Positions 49,913 to 63,400 of a stretch of DNA of 64,000 bases are shown here, in pieces (position 1 is the first letter of the stretch; every line of letters begins with the position of its first letter). Both the position numbers and the translations under genes were made by a program. The notes under the pieces are model-generated. The model saw only the letters and a program-made list of their open reading frames with translations. It ran no database searches and was not told where the DNA came from. Origin of the DNA: Chiloscyllium plagiosum (Eukaryota); contig NC_057751.1 of the NCBI RefSeq assembly GCF_004010195.1, positions 17,833,768 through 17,897,767 of the forward strand, written 5' to 3'.

Positions 49913-50412
49913 ANNNNNNNNNNNNNNNNNNNNNNNNNNNNNNNNNNNNNNNNNNNNNNNNNNNNNNNNNNNNNNNNNNNNNNNNNNNNNNNNNNNNNNN
50001 NNNNNNNNNNNNNNNNNNNNNNNNNNNNNNNNNNNNNNNNNNNNNNNNNNNNNNNNNNNNNNNNNNNNNNNNNNNNNNNNNNNNNNNNNNNNNNNNNNNN
50101 NNNNNNNNNNNNNNNNNNNNNNNNNNNNNNNNNNNNNNNNNNNNNNNNNNNNNNNNNNNNNNNNNNNNNNNNNNNNNNNNNNNNNNNNNNNNNNNNNNNN
50201 NNNNNNNNNNNNNNNNNNNNNNNNNNNNNNNNNNNNNNNNNNNNNNNNNNNNNNNNNNNNNNNNNNNNNNNNNNNNNNNNNNNNNNNNNNNNNNNNNNNN
50301 NNNNNNNNNNNNNNNNNNNNNNNNNNNNNNNNNNNNNNNNNNNNNNNNNNNNNNNNNNNNNNNNNNNNNNNNNNNNNNNNNNNNNNNNNNNNNNNNNNNN
50401 NNNNNNNNNNNN
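49913..50412. other. Assembly gap (500 N)
   Basis: Run of n. Confidence 1.
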
Positions 50413-50910
50413 NTGGAGGAGGTGCAGTGGAGAGCATCGTCAACCACGTCTGAGGGGAAATTGCGGTGTTTGAAGAAGGAGGTCATCTGGGTTGTTCGGT
50501 ATTGGATTTGGTCTTCCTGAGAGCAGATGCAGCAGAGGCGAAGGAATTGGAAATATGGGATGGCGTTTTTACAGGGGCAAGGGTGGGAGGAAGTGTCATC
50601 TAGGTAGCTGTGGGAGTCGGTCTATTTATTGTGAATGTCCGTGCTGAGTCGGTCGCCCGAGATTGAAATGGAGAGGTCGAGGAAGGAGAGGGAGGCGTCT
50701 GAGATAGTCCAGGTAAATTTGAGGTCGGTGTGGAAGGTGTTAGTAAAGTGGATGAACTGTTCAACCTCCTCGTGGGAGCACGAGGTAGCGCCGATACAGT
50801 CATCGATGTAACGGAGGAAAAGGTGGGGTTTGGTGCTAGTGTTGCTTCGGAAGATGGACTGTTCCACATATCCGACGAAGAGGCAGGCATTGCTGGGGCC
50901 CATGCGGGTA
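50413..50910 (-). mobile_element. Penelope-like element RT core (young), 5'-truncated, running into the gap
   Basis: RMGPSNACLFVGYVE..FLRYIDDCIG..LKFTWTISDASLSFLDL. Confidence 0.92.
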
Positions 50911-52029
50911 CTCCTTTGGTTTGGCACCACCCCCCATGTTTTCATCATTATTATGTAAAATTTGTAAAGGAATTTAAAGTGGGTGAGATGTGCGATGTGG
51001 CCGCACTCTTGAATGAAGGAGGTGTGAGTATACAGAGATTTATTGGATTTTTTTTTCTCTGAAAGCTTAATGTTCGTCGAAGCAATGAGAAAGACACTGG
51101 TGCTAGTGTTGCAATAATTAAACATTTCTGTTACCCTGATAACAATTTCATATGTTTAACATTATCCACTATTTTATTTTTTTCGAGAATTGTGACCAGA
51201 CCATTCACATGGATATTTTTGTTATAACTATTAGATTTTAAAGTTATGTGCCTTACAGGTCGACATTAAATAATTTCCAACCCATTTTCACGACTGTGAT
51301 GAAGGATTTTGGAGGTATTCAGTGATGGAAGAAAAGAACTGAAATTAACTCATGTTTCGAGTTGGAATAATCTGTGCAAATGGAATGTGCAGCACTAATC
51401 ACGTGATATTAAAGTCTTTGAAAAATAATCAGTTGTGGATATCGATTTATTTAACGATTAAAAATGAAATGACTGTCCATTTTGATATTTTTTTCTCTTG
51501 CAGAGAGGCGCTCCAGCAATAGTGCAGATATAAATCCATCTGCCATGTAGTTAGTAAACAAATTTTGAGTTCGCCTTGCTGTTTTCTTTTCACATTACAC
51601 ACTTGAACCATGAATTGGTGGGGTCAAAGTTCACACAGACCCAGGAAGATTTTTAGAATGGATTTCAGTGAGTCAGTCGGCTTCTGCTGACTGTGAATCT
51701 AAACGCTTGAGATCTTGGCTGCTGAAAACAGTGAAAGTGAAGTCTCAGACAGAGAGGCTTCTTTAGAATCAAAAAAGGCATAATGTTTCTTTCTTCTGAA
51801 CTGGAGAGAGGTACGTTGTGAGAACCATAAAAATTTTGTTGCATTGCATTTTTGCCAATATAATTGTTGTGGAATGCAACATGTTTTGGAACAGTTGTGT
51901 GTAGGAATACAGTTTGCCTTTATGAAATCTTCCGTGGATCAATTGAATCACAATGTAAATTTAGGGTATAGGCTATCTGCTCGCAATAATTTTTTTGGGG
52001 GGGCTATGGCGGTAGTCTGGTCTTGTTTA

Positions 52030-53470
52030 TAACGGGAGAATTGAGGATCGGTGAAGGAAAAAATATTCTGATGGGAGCTGCGTACAGGCAGAGTACTACA
52101 GGAAAATAAATTAGGGACGAGGTAAGGCTTGTAAGTGAGGGCAAATTTCAGTAACTGTGGGAAAATATGCGACTGGACTGGGAATAAAAACCAAGCGTTT
52201 CGTCGTGGGTTTCAAGTAAAAGGGCAGCACAATGGCTAAGTGGTTAGTAATGTTCCCTCACATCGCCAGGGACAACGCTTAGGTTCCACCTTTGGGCGTT
52301 TGTCTGTGGGAGTTTGTACATTCTCACCGTATCCACGTGGTTTCCATTCGGGTGATTCGGTTTCCTTCATCAGTCCACAGATGTGCAGGCTAAGATGATT
52401 AGTCATGAAAAATTTGGGGTTACGCTGAGAGTGTGGATCTGTGTGCGATGGTAGGATGTTCTTTGGTGGGTCAGTGGGACAAATCGCCTTTTCCCACCCT
52501 GTCGGGATTCAATTGATTTCAACAAATGCCGTTTGAAGCAGCTTGTGGGAGAGACCACGACAGAACAACTAATGTTGGATTAGGTGATGTTTATTGAAGC
52601 AGACTTGATTTTGGTGCTTAAAGTGAGAGAAACCTGAGGATACAGTGAACATAATATGATAGAATCCATCCTGTAATTGGGTAGGAAGAAGCTGACATCG
52701 ATTGGAACCATGTTAAAATTGAGGAAAGGTGACGACAAAACCGATAGTGAGGAACTGGCCCGAGTTGATTGGAATGGAAATGAAACACGGAAAATAATTG
52801 GACGGGTTTAATGCTCGTAATTCTGCTGGAGGCCGAGAAGAAATTAAATTCAATGAAAAATAAACATATGGAGGCAATAAAAGGATCGCCATGGTCGATG
52901 AGGCGAGTCAGCGCAAGCATAAAATCATAAGAATAGAATCATACCATGTGGTACTGGTTAGTGGAAAGCCAGAGGATTGGGAACCCCTTGAAAACTTACG
53001 GGTAACAACAACGAAAACTGCAATAAGGGGTCAAAAGATTGCAGACAATATAAGATATCTCGTGATATAAGATAAGACTCAAAGTAATTTTCCGATATAC
53101 ACAATGTAAGAGAGGCAAGAGTGAACATTGGGCGCTGAAAATAAGACGTGGTAAATAAGAATGCAAATAAAAAATGTGAGAAATTGAATAGCTAGTTTGC
53201 ACCTATTGTCACAATGAAAATACTATGCAGCATACTGGAACTTCAAGAGCGTCACGGAGCAGAAGACAGTGTAATGTCAATTACTAAGGGGAAGGTTCTG
53301 GGAAGCTGAAATGTCTGAAGGTGGATTAGTCGTTCTGACCCGATTGAATAACACCGGAATTCTGAAGGGCATAGCTGAAGAGATTTGGAGAACCCTACGT
53401 CGTGATTTTCATACGTTGCTGCTGTCAGGAACTGTCGCAGAATTCTGGAAAATGAGTATTATCGAAAAAA
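52030..53470 (+). mobile_element. Old CR1 ORF2 fragment (APE/tether)
   Basis: LMGAAYR and SEHNMIE-like motifs, RSGTVAEFWK-like region; many stops. Confidence 0.6.
52221..52512 (+). mobile_element. Diverged HE1 SINE
   Basis: gggcagcacaatggctaagtggttag...tttcccaccctgtcgggattc. Confidence 0.75.
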
Positions 53471-53499
53471 AGGAGGGAAGCAGTTTCGGTAAAATTATA

Positions 53500-54942
53500 T
53501 TACCTGTGACTCAGACACACACCAATGGATTCCAACTCAAGATTCATTCTGCACGCTTTGAATTCATTCAGATGATAAGAATTTCTGTAATGTTCAACGC
53601 TTGCCACATCATGACATCCATTCAGTGCTATGCTTGGTCATAATATCGAACTCTCCAACTGAATCCTCAATGCTGGCTCAGGGCTGGACAACAACCATTT
53701 CCATTCCAACCTATGGCTAATTCGAGGTGCTAACAATAAACATTTTCCTTCCTGTCAGGCATCAAAGCACAACAATACAACACTTTACAGATATCCACAG
53801 CAATCTAGAATCTTTCTTCCCTCCCGTGTCCTCTGATGCATCCCTGTCCCCAAACCCACCGATTGTTCATCTCTTCATCTTCACTTCTGTCCTTCTGCTG
53901 TCCAATGTTGAGACTCATCAAATGTCTCAGTTTGATCGCTCTGCGTGTCCATCTTAATGAAATTTGGGCGTGATGAGTTGTTGTCCCCTTTTTATGTCGC
54001 CTTATCTCTGTGCACATTTCTATGGACAAGAGCACTACCCCTGTCACCAAAACAATTTGCCCAACTCCAACAATCCCCTTCCACCTGGACCCCTCTGTCT
54101 GGCCTTTTCCCTGCACTAGATCTGTTCATTGAGATCTGTAAACGTGAGATTGGTCGCCTCAGTTTTACTGCCCCCACCCCTATGTATCCGAAGCTAAGCT
54201 CCCAGAACTAACTGCACTCCATGCTTTCAGATACAAAGCTAACTTTGTTATTAAGCCTGCTGCTAATGGTTGGAAATGCTGATTGCTACTTTGCAAAGGC
54301 TGAGTGCCAGCATTCAGATTCTTCCTCCTTACTCCAACTGGACCATCACTGTGCCATGGAAAATTTTGCCATTCTGTCAAAGACAGTGATCAACCTCAAT
54401 TAATTTGGTGAACTCCCTCCTTCTGCTTCCAAGCTGATACTGTCCCAACCACGTACATTTCACTGCGACCTCCTTCCGAATATCCACAAACAGGACTTCC
54501 CGGGCAGCCTATTGATCCCTTCCTGGCACGTTCCCTACCATTGTAGGAATTGCATCCCTTCCTGGCAACTTCCCCTGCCACTGCAGAAATTGCAAAGCAC
54601 GCGCCGACACCACCCCCTTACCTCTGTCCAAGGCCAAAGGTACCTTGCATATCCATCACAGTTTCACCTGAACTTTCACACATGTCATTTATTGTATCCG
54701 TTGCTCCAGATACGGTTTCCTCTACATTGGAGAGACTGGACGTCTTCAGGTGAAGATTTTACTGAGGATTTTCAGGATACCTGCACCAATCAACCCTACC
54801 CCACCAAGGCCGAACATTTGAACTCCCAGTTCCACTCTGCCGAGGGCACGCAGTTCCTGGGCCTCCTCAATAGCCACTCCCTCACCGTCTGACGCCGGGA
54901 GGACGAACGCCTCATCTTCTGCCTCGAGACTCATCAACTCCA
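53500..54942 (+). mobile_element. Internally deleted Penelope-like element with GIY-YIG endonuclease
   Basis: WTPLSGLFPALDLFIEICKREI, FVIKPAANG and HVIYCIRCSRYGFLYIGETGR. Confidence 0.85.
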
Positions 54943-55666
54943 GTGATCTGCTACCGGACGTTTTAGACAAAATGCTGCACTGCACGAACGGCGACTATTA
55001 TTATTACAACTCTCGCTGATCTTACCATTTTAAACGTCATCCTAACTTTGCTTGCTTTTGTTTATCAGATAATAATTAACAAAATACGTTGGAATTGCCG
55101 AGCAAGATGAGAATATGCCACATCAGATTTTGAGGAACATACCTTTGATTTCACAGTGCCTCCCTCGTTTTGTTCCCTTTTACTTTGATTGCGACATTTA
55201 ACTGTCTAATCATCGGATGGATTGTATTGAGCAGTCTAACCTTGGACTGCTCAATGTTCAAAGTAATGAGAAACAGAACGATGCCGAGGTGCAGCATCGA
55301 AGGAAATCGGTCATCTTACTGTTCACTATTTCTGGTAGCTTTATATTGCTGTGCTTGACAAATGCTGTGCCATTGGTAACGACCAAATGGAAAAATAATA
55401 CTTACGAACAAGCCGACCACATACACCCATAATACGTTACCACTGAAGCTGCAGCTTTCCTGAGGCATTTGAGCTCCTCTGTAAACAAAAAATGCAATAA
55501 AAAAACAGTCTATCTTTTAACAAAAACATTTAGTCCACAGTCTATTTTCTCCAATTGGACTGATCCCACAACACACAACTATCCCCAATGTTGCATTTTT
55601 TGGATTTATGCAAAAACCCAGAGGAATCTCAGAGAACGGATCATAAATATATTTGTCACTCAATGA
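54943..55666 (+). pseudogene. GPR139-like GPCR pseudogene (end of TM3 to helix 8)
   Basis: VICYRTF*TKCCT, FPFTLIATFNCL, DAEVQHRRKSVILLFTISGSFILL, FLRHLSSSVN...WIYAKTQRNLRE, collinear with the intact gene; stops, frameshifts and an insertion in TM7. Confidence 0.85.
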
Positions 55667-57018
55667 ATTCTAATGGTGACGTTGAATAAAAAGCATGGAC
55701 AAAAGGAAACAAGAACGCAACAAGCTTTCTCGAACAAAGACGGTAACTAAACGCATTATATTTGCAGAATCTGCTTCTTTATCGTGCAATGTAAATTGGG
55801 ATATTGCTTCCATTCTGTAGCGTATTTGTGTGGTTACATTGCTGACAAGCATGCTTCTTCTAGTGAATTGATAGAACTATGATGCATATTACCATCTGAC
55901 AGAAAAGACCATCAAACCAGAGGTGGGTGCAGCCTGTGGTGGCGTCATGCAATTGTTGATCACGGGGAAAGACATGGCGTAGTTAGAAACAAAGGAAATG
56001 CCTAGAATGAAGAATCAATTACTTCGTTTAATAGAACATAGAACATAGAACAATACAGCACAGAACAGGCCCTTCGGCCCACGATGTTGTGCCGAACATT
56101 TGTCCTAGCTTAAGCACCCATCCATGTACCTATCAAATTGCCGCTTAAAGGTCACCAAAGATTCTGACTCTACCACTCCCACAGGCAGCGCATTCCATGC
56201 CCCCACCACTCTTTGGGTAAAGAACCCACCCCTGACATCTCCCCTATACCTTCCACCCTTCACCTTAAATTTATGTCCCCTTGTAACACTCTGTTGTACC
56301 CGGGGAAAAAGTTTCTGACTGTCCACTCTATCTATTCCTCTGATCACCTTATAAACCTCTATCAAGTCACCCCTCATCCTTCGCCGTTCCAACGGGAAAA
56401 GGCCTAGAACTCTCAACCTATCCTCGTACGACCTATTCTCCATTCCAGGCAACATCCTGGTAAATCTTCTCTGCACCCTCTCCAAAGCTTCCACATCTTT
56501 CCAAAAGTGAGGCGACCAGAACTGCACACAGTACTCCAAATGTGGCCTAACCAAAGTCCTGTAGAGTTGCAACATCACTTCACGACTCTTGAATTCAATC
56601 CCTCTGCTAATGAACGCTAATACACCATAGGCCTTCTTTCAAGCTCTATCCACCTGAGTGGCAACTTTCAAAGACCTATGAACATAGACCCCAAGATCCC
56701 TCTGTTCCTCCACCTCACTAAGAACCCTACCGTTAACCCTGTATTCCACATTCTTATTTGTCTTTCCAAAATGGACAACCTCACACTTGGCAGGGTTGAA
56801 CTCCATGCAGTTTACAGAACTGCACTCAAATGATTAAATAGAATATTGAAAGTAATGATATTTCAAATCGAAAGTGAGCAAAGGACAGTTTTGTTTTGCA
56901 GTTTTTTGTCGGGCATTGGGGATAGTTTGTGTGTTGTGGGATCAGTCCAATTGGAGAAAATAGACTGTGGACTAAATGTTTTTGTTAAAAGATCGACGGT
57001 TTTTTTTCATTTTTTTGT
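55485..57018. repeat. About 105-bp dispersed inverted repeat pair (55485-55590 / 56914-57018)
   Basis: Core of about 79 bp is identical as reverse complement except for one indel. Confidence 0.88.
56031..56806 (-). mobile_element. Young 5'-truncated CR1 LINE with open C-terminal frame and (TTCTATG)n tail
   Basis: ORF 56105-56578 LVRPHLEYCVQFWSPHFWKDVEALERVQRRFTRMLPG. Confidence 0.93.
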
Positions 57019-57159
57019 AAATCATAAACGTTTAATTGTACTTCTTTGTAAAGAAAATTCATAGAGGTGGAATTTGCACAATGTTAAGTTCAATAGGGTA
57101 ATTATCCAATTATTTATTTATGAAGATGTATCATTTCATTGCTGGTAGCTCAGAGATGT

Positions 57160-57610
57160 TTCGCCAGGATGATCCTCGGTATGGAGGCATTGTCTTAGAA
57201 AAAAGGTTAATCAGATTAGGACTCTTTTCACCAGAGATTAGAATAATGAGAATAGGATACGTTGAAACAAATAGGATTCAGGAGATGTTTAATATGTTAG
57301 TTATTGAGAATATATTTCCCTTTCGAGGACCAGCGGGCTTTATCTCACAGTAAATGAGAGCCAATTTAAGACCCTGATGAGGAGGAATTTCTTCGAGAGT
57401 CCTTAGATCTCCTCTCTACAGACAGTTGGTTGGGCAGAATCCCTTCGTACATTTAAAGTTGAGGTCGAGAAATTGGTCATCAGTAGTGAGATCAAGAGTG
57501 ACAAGAAAATTACAGAAGTTGCAATGTGAAGAAAGTTGGATCAACCATGATTTTATTGAATGACTGCGCAGGGTTTATTGATTGAAAGGCATATTCCTAT
57601 TCCGATTATG
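57160..57610 (+). mobile_element. Old CR1 3' end
   Basis: EKRLIRLGLFSPEIRIMR; 3' UTR gatcaaccatgattttattgaatg. Confidence 0.7.
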
Positions 57611-59399
57611 GGAAGACAATCATTTCTTCTATTGTTAAGGCATGTTGTATTATCTCTGGACTGTTAACCCAAGAGCCTTGATACATGGAAATCTAGCATT
57701 TGACGCTTTTATTTCTGCTAGTGCTCCAGCATTTGTTGACTGTACTCTGAACGTCTGGTGCTTCGCTTGACACCAGCCTGTAAGTGTTAATTAATGAAAA
57801 CCTATTTAACGAAAGAGAATCGTGATTTTATGAAATTGTCGAGTTTTTAACTTAACGCAACCCATGCCGTGACACAGATAATACAGAAAGGAGATTAAGG
57901 GGCTTTGGAACTCTTCACAGATTATGAAATCAATTGAAAAATGTGAAGAAAAAACGTTTCTGGCTAAAATCTGTTTTAAAATTTTATTTCAAATCCCACT
58001 TTTTTTGCAGATGCCCCAATTGCCAATAATATTTCTAAAAATCGCATTTTGTGTGAACGTGTCCCAAGCAGTTTTTGCGAGCAATGATTGCCATTTTCCA
58101 GCTTCTTTTCTAAGCAAGCGTAACATATGTCATCAAAAGTACAAAATTTATAATTCACGGATAAAATATAACAATTAATAATTCATATTACGATATCACA
58201 AATGTGGAATGCCTAGGCAATTGCCGATGCTGAAAGGGGAGACACCAGCTGTGAATAATCGCGAATGTGCCAACAAATGCGTTTTGGTTGATGATCTGGA
58301 TAATTTTTCTCGGAGCTTGGTGTGGATATTTCATTCGAGAAATTCACAAACGGGCAGACTTTCTCAATGATCAATGTGACACAGCTGCAATGAAGTGATG
58401 AATTCTGGAATTATGGCAACAGCCCTAATGAATGCACTTGACGTCGTCACTGGCTGCAAATGTAAACTTGGTTTGATAGACCTTTCTTATTTCATTAGAC
58501 AGCCTCACACGGAAGCACAAACAGGCAATACTACAGGCTTGGGTTCAAAATAAGTCTGAGGATTATAACGGTAAAGTAATAGAGATGAGTCAAATAACCA
58601 AGCAGAAACATTTAGCACAATTTGACAGATTGCAAGAGACATCAGAGAAATTCAACTCAGTTTAATTTCATCACGTCACTGTGTTCAACTGGACGGAGTA
58701 CCATTCGCAATCACATCTACAGCTTATACTTGCGTGTTGGTATATGTTCCTAGACTTGAGAGTTTTACAAATCATCCTTCGTTAAGGAATTGAGCTCATT
58801 GTTCTTCAAACAACCAATTCGCAATTCTCAAAGGAAATGTCTGGATTGGGATTTTTTATGTTAAAAATGTAAATTAAATTATTTTCCAATGGTATAAGCT
58901 ATCTCTTTTCTTCGGAATTAACAGCATTGTTAACATTTAACTTCAATCAGGACATCTGCAACGACAATGGGAACAGTTTCAATCCAAATGTTTACAACCT
59001 AAGTGTATAAAAATCATTCTGATTCTTCTAAATCGAAAACAAACCATTGTTTTCAATATGTACCCTGCCCGATTATAAAAAGTTCACCATGCATTGGAAG
59101 TCTCGCGATCACTTCAATATCTTTGCACTCTACCCGAAAATCGCAATATGCACTGTAACACCAAAACGAACCGTGAATTTGGCACTAAGTTCTCTTAGAG
59201 AACAAACCAAAACTTCCATCTCAGTAGTTCAAATCCCCTTTTCTCTGCTTTGTCTGTCTCTTTGACTGTGTCTTCCTCTTGTGTTATCTCTATTTTCTAC
59301 TGAACTAAAATTATTTATTTTCAAATCAACGTTATTAAGGAAGTATTTTTAATAATAATTGTTCTTCAAGTTGGCTCCACGCATCGGAAGTTGGAAGAA

Positions 59400-59700
59400 C
59401 AAGACGTAGAACGTGCAGGATTTTTAAAGTGTTGACTGGGTAAATGTTCAGACGATTTTTCTTTATGGGAGAGTTCAGGACCACAGCGTGTAGTCACAGA
59501 ATAAAGGGATGCCAATCGAAGACTGAGAGAGAGGAATTGCTTTTATCAGAGGATTCCGAGATTTTGTCTCTCCTTGCCAATAGACTTGTGGGGGTAGAGA
59601 CCTTGTGTATGTTTAAAGCTGACGTACATTCCTGACCAGCAGATGAATCGAGTGTTACGCAGAAAGAGCAGGAAAGTAGATTCAGGGAGTGCCACCTCTG
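59400..59700 (+). mobile_element. Old CR1 3' end
   Basis: FFMGEFRTTACSHRIKG. Confidence 0.65.
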
Positions 59701-59719
59701 ACGAAGCTTCTCCTTAACA

Positions 59720-60311
59720 CGGTTATACAGTCGTAGAATTTTGTCAGAGTTTGTAATTAGCACAGACTTCGGAAATTCTGGACTATAGCGGGCAATTTGG
59801 CCATAGCTAACAGATACTTCCTAAGGCAGAGGTATTCAAGTTTTAAAAAAGATACCTATATAATGAAGTGGGTGCGGCCAGTTCTCTCAGCTCAGCTTCC
59901 TCTTGTTTGTTTTGTTTTTGGGGTAGTGTGAAAATAAACGCTGGTGGACTCCTTGAAGCAGGTCCACGCTGGTACTCTCTCTGTAACTTTTATCCTCTCA
60001 CAACTTGTGTTTCATTTTACATTTTTGTGCCAAGGGGTTTTTGTTGGAATTGTTGCAAACACTAGGAACAGTATCACTAAGTTGGGATGATCTCTTGGGT
60101 TTTTCGAGAGTTATTCAGTATTCTATTTTCTATTGTTTGTGTTTCATTCAGTAATCTTGTAACTAAATTCAGTTTTGTTCAAAACTAAGTGGTTTCACCA
60201 GATTATTCCTTCCGAGAATAACTCCTTTACACCTGCTGAAAACAATTAGTAAATGTAGGGTCTGGGTTATGTTCCTGAAATGATTTGAGGGTTCTGGCCT
60301 GATCCACAACA
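59720..60311 (+). mobile_element. 5' LTR of the Gmr1-like element (start approximate)
   Basis: TATATAA at about 59857, ends ..ACAACA immediately before a PBS-like site. Confidence 0.65.
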
Positions 60312-60314
60312 GAT

Positions 60315-60332
60315 TGGGGACTCGTACTGGAT
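60315..60332 (+). promoter_or_regulatory. Primer-binding site, tRNA-Pro-like
   Basis: TGGGGACTCGTACTGGAT versus the canonical TGGGGGCTCGTCCGGGAT. Confidence 0.7.
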
Positions 60333-60429
60333 TTGTTCTGTAAATCCGAATTAGGATTAGAGTTGTTGGACTCAAAGGCAGTGGTTCGCAAGTGTTAGTG
60401 TCTTTGTTCTGCGTGTTGAATTTGGATGG

Positions 60430-63400
60430 TGCAATCACTGTTTGGTAGAGCAACGACCCTTTCAGTCACCAAGAGTTTTGTGGAGGTGGTACAAGAGACT
60501 TTGGGGGATTTGCAACAGCTAATTAAGGCCAAACAGGTGGAATTAGCAGAGAGGCTAGAGTTATTTCTTCCTCCTTCTGTGAGGAAAGAAGGAATAATTA
60601 CAACAACTGCTCAGCATTTGGATTTGCTGGAAACGCCATGAAAATCTTCAGAGATGGCAAGAATTCAAATCAAAATTGAGTTCAATACAAAATACAAGCA
60701 AGTAAGATTAAAAGTAGATGATGGAAATTAGGAAAGAGAGAGAGAAGATAAAAGGAGATCGAGGAAAGGAAGAAAGAGAGACACTTTGAAATTGGCACTT
60801 AGACAGGAATTCAATGATTCACTTTCTGAAGTAGTGAGAACTCATGTGGAAGAGCAGAGTGTTAGAACAGCAATACTAGGAGGTGAAATAGTTTATGCTT
60901 AAAGCAAAGTCTGATTTCCAGAATCAATTTCAATCCCTGACGGATAGAAATTGTGGAAAGATAAATCATTACGTGGAAAGGGAAAGGCAAGTCTCCGGGA
61001 AGATCATAAGGATTACTTACCTCGTGGTAAAAACGAAACAATTGAAGGGACAGAAAAGTTAAATAACTCCAATGTTTTTTGCCATAAAAACTTATGCACG
61101 TGAAATCACTGTTGTGGTGGATTAGGAAAAGCACTGAACAGCCAGGTGTAGAAAAGCAGGATCAGCCATTGAATTTTGTTGGAATGATAACAGAAAGCGT
61201 GGTGGAGGCAAGACAGCTGCACCAGTATGTACAAGCTGGTGGGAGGTTGGTTCAGGAAGAAGTGCCAGATCTTTTTAAACCATACACCTACCAAGGTAAA
61301 TTTTATTCACATAGGCCAGAAGCAGCAGTAAAGAGGTTTATTAATAGCCACAGGATCTTCCTCCAGCTGCGATATTGAAATATGAGGAGATATGTATTCT
61401 GAATGACTAACGCCAGAAAAGAAACTAGCAACGGGAATTCACGGTGGGACAAAAAAAATCATTTATGTGAAGTGAGGTATGAGAGTCATGTGAAGAGTGG
61501 ACAATTCATGGTAGGAGTTCTGCAAAACCTCTCAGCTCCATGAATCCAATGCGTTCTTGCTAATGAGACAGCTGATTCACTGTTAAGAGAGCGGCCTACT
61601 GTTGTTGAAAAGCTACGGGAAACTCAGGCAACTGAAGTATTGCAGGGCACATATTTTGGATTTTTTCCTGACTGTGTGATAACGAATTCACGAGTTGTAG
61701 TGGAATTAGCAGAGACCATGTTTGATCAGATAGTTGGCACAAATCAGGAGAAAAAGGATGACAATACATACATCTTAAATTCAGATATATTAACTGTGTT
61801 ACAGCAGAACGAATAAAAAATTAAAGCATTTGCATCAAAAGGCATCAACATAAAACAAGTCCAAATGCATCTTTGAATGCTATTGTCTTCACAATTATTT
61901 CTTAATGAGGAAATGGTGACCATCACATATTCAGTCAGATGAGAAATGGGCAGAACTTCATCAAATTGTATTGCCAGTGGGCTATAGAAAGGAGGTGTTG
62001 CGAGTGGCGCATAACCTACCACGTGGGAGGTGAGTTGTTTAGGAGTGAGGAAAACGCAACCTAAAATACAAAGAAAAACATGTTTACTGGCCCGGACTGC
62101 ACAAGGAAGTAGTTGAATTTTGCCAGGCGTGCCATATATATAATTGGAAAAGCACAAGCAGGAGTAAAACTTGCACCTTTAATAATTATTCCTCTAATTA
62201 ATTAAACTTTTGCAAGAGTCTCAATTGATTGTGTAGGTCCACTACGATAAACATAAAGTGGTGATCACTATTTGTTAACAACAATGTGAGTAGCGACGAG
62301 ATTTTCAGAGGCCATTATGTAATATCACAGAAGAAAAGATTGCAGAGGAATTACTCAAATGTTTTCACTAGATATAGAGGACCTACACGGGTGCAATCAG
62401 ATCAATAGTCAAAAGTTCGCATCAAAATTATTCAAGGAATTTCTGGACAGCTTAGCAATGAAACAATTAAAATTAACTGTGCACCATTCAGAATTTCAGG
62501 GAACGTTAGAAATGTGACATCAGTGTTTATAAGCTATGTTTAGGGCTTATAGTCAAGACTACCCATATGATTGGGATAAAGAAATTTCATTTGTGTTTTT
62601 TTGCGATCAGAGATCACCAAAGAATCGATCAAATTCAGTCTATTTGAATTAGATTTTTCCCGTCATGAATTGAGAGGACCATTAAAATTGATTAAGGAGA
62701 AATTACTAAGTCAGAATTCAGAGATCATATTTTTAGAAAATGTGTCAACTTTAGCGAACGATTAAAACAGCTGGGGAGTTGGCTAGAGAACGTTGAAAGT
62801 ATCACAGCATACAACGAAACAGGAAACAGACCAGAAATTAAAGGTTCACAATTTTGTTATCCAGGACAAGGTATTACATTCTGTGATAGGTGCACATTCA
62901 AAAGCAAGGTTTAGTGGATTTTATCAAGTCCAAAGGAAATTGAATGAATTCAACTACTTGATTGTGGCTGCAGACAAATAAAGAAATCGCAGAGTGTGTC
63001 ATGCGTATATGCTGGAAAGGTATTTTGACAGGGGTAAAAAGCAAGAGGATAATGCGTTGTTGATTGCTACACAGAGGGAACGACAAAGTTCATAAGATTC
63101 TGAATTGGAGATTCCGCCAATTAAATTGGACAATCAGGGAGTTATCCTTAAAGGCACATGTTCAAATGGAGATTGAACACACTCTGAGACGAAATACAAA
63201 GTGAGTTACAATGACTAGAACTCACCCATAATAATTGTACCAAACCCAGATATTACCCAACGGTGATGTGTGAATTATGGCAAGGTTAATGCAGTTTCAA
63301 ACACTGATGTATTTCTGATTTTGACGTTGGAAGACTGTGTTGAGAAGTTAGGCCAAGCAACTTATATTTCTAAGTTGGACTTGTTCAGGGGATACTGGAA

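Noticed and set aside
49821..50520. 200-221 aa ORFs
   Set aside because: Artefacts of the N gap
58125..58225. Possible further GPCR exon 1 relic (YYDI..GMP)
   Set aside because: Needs frameshifts, contains stops, has no GT donor and lies in AT-rich background
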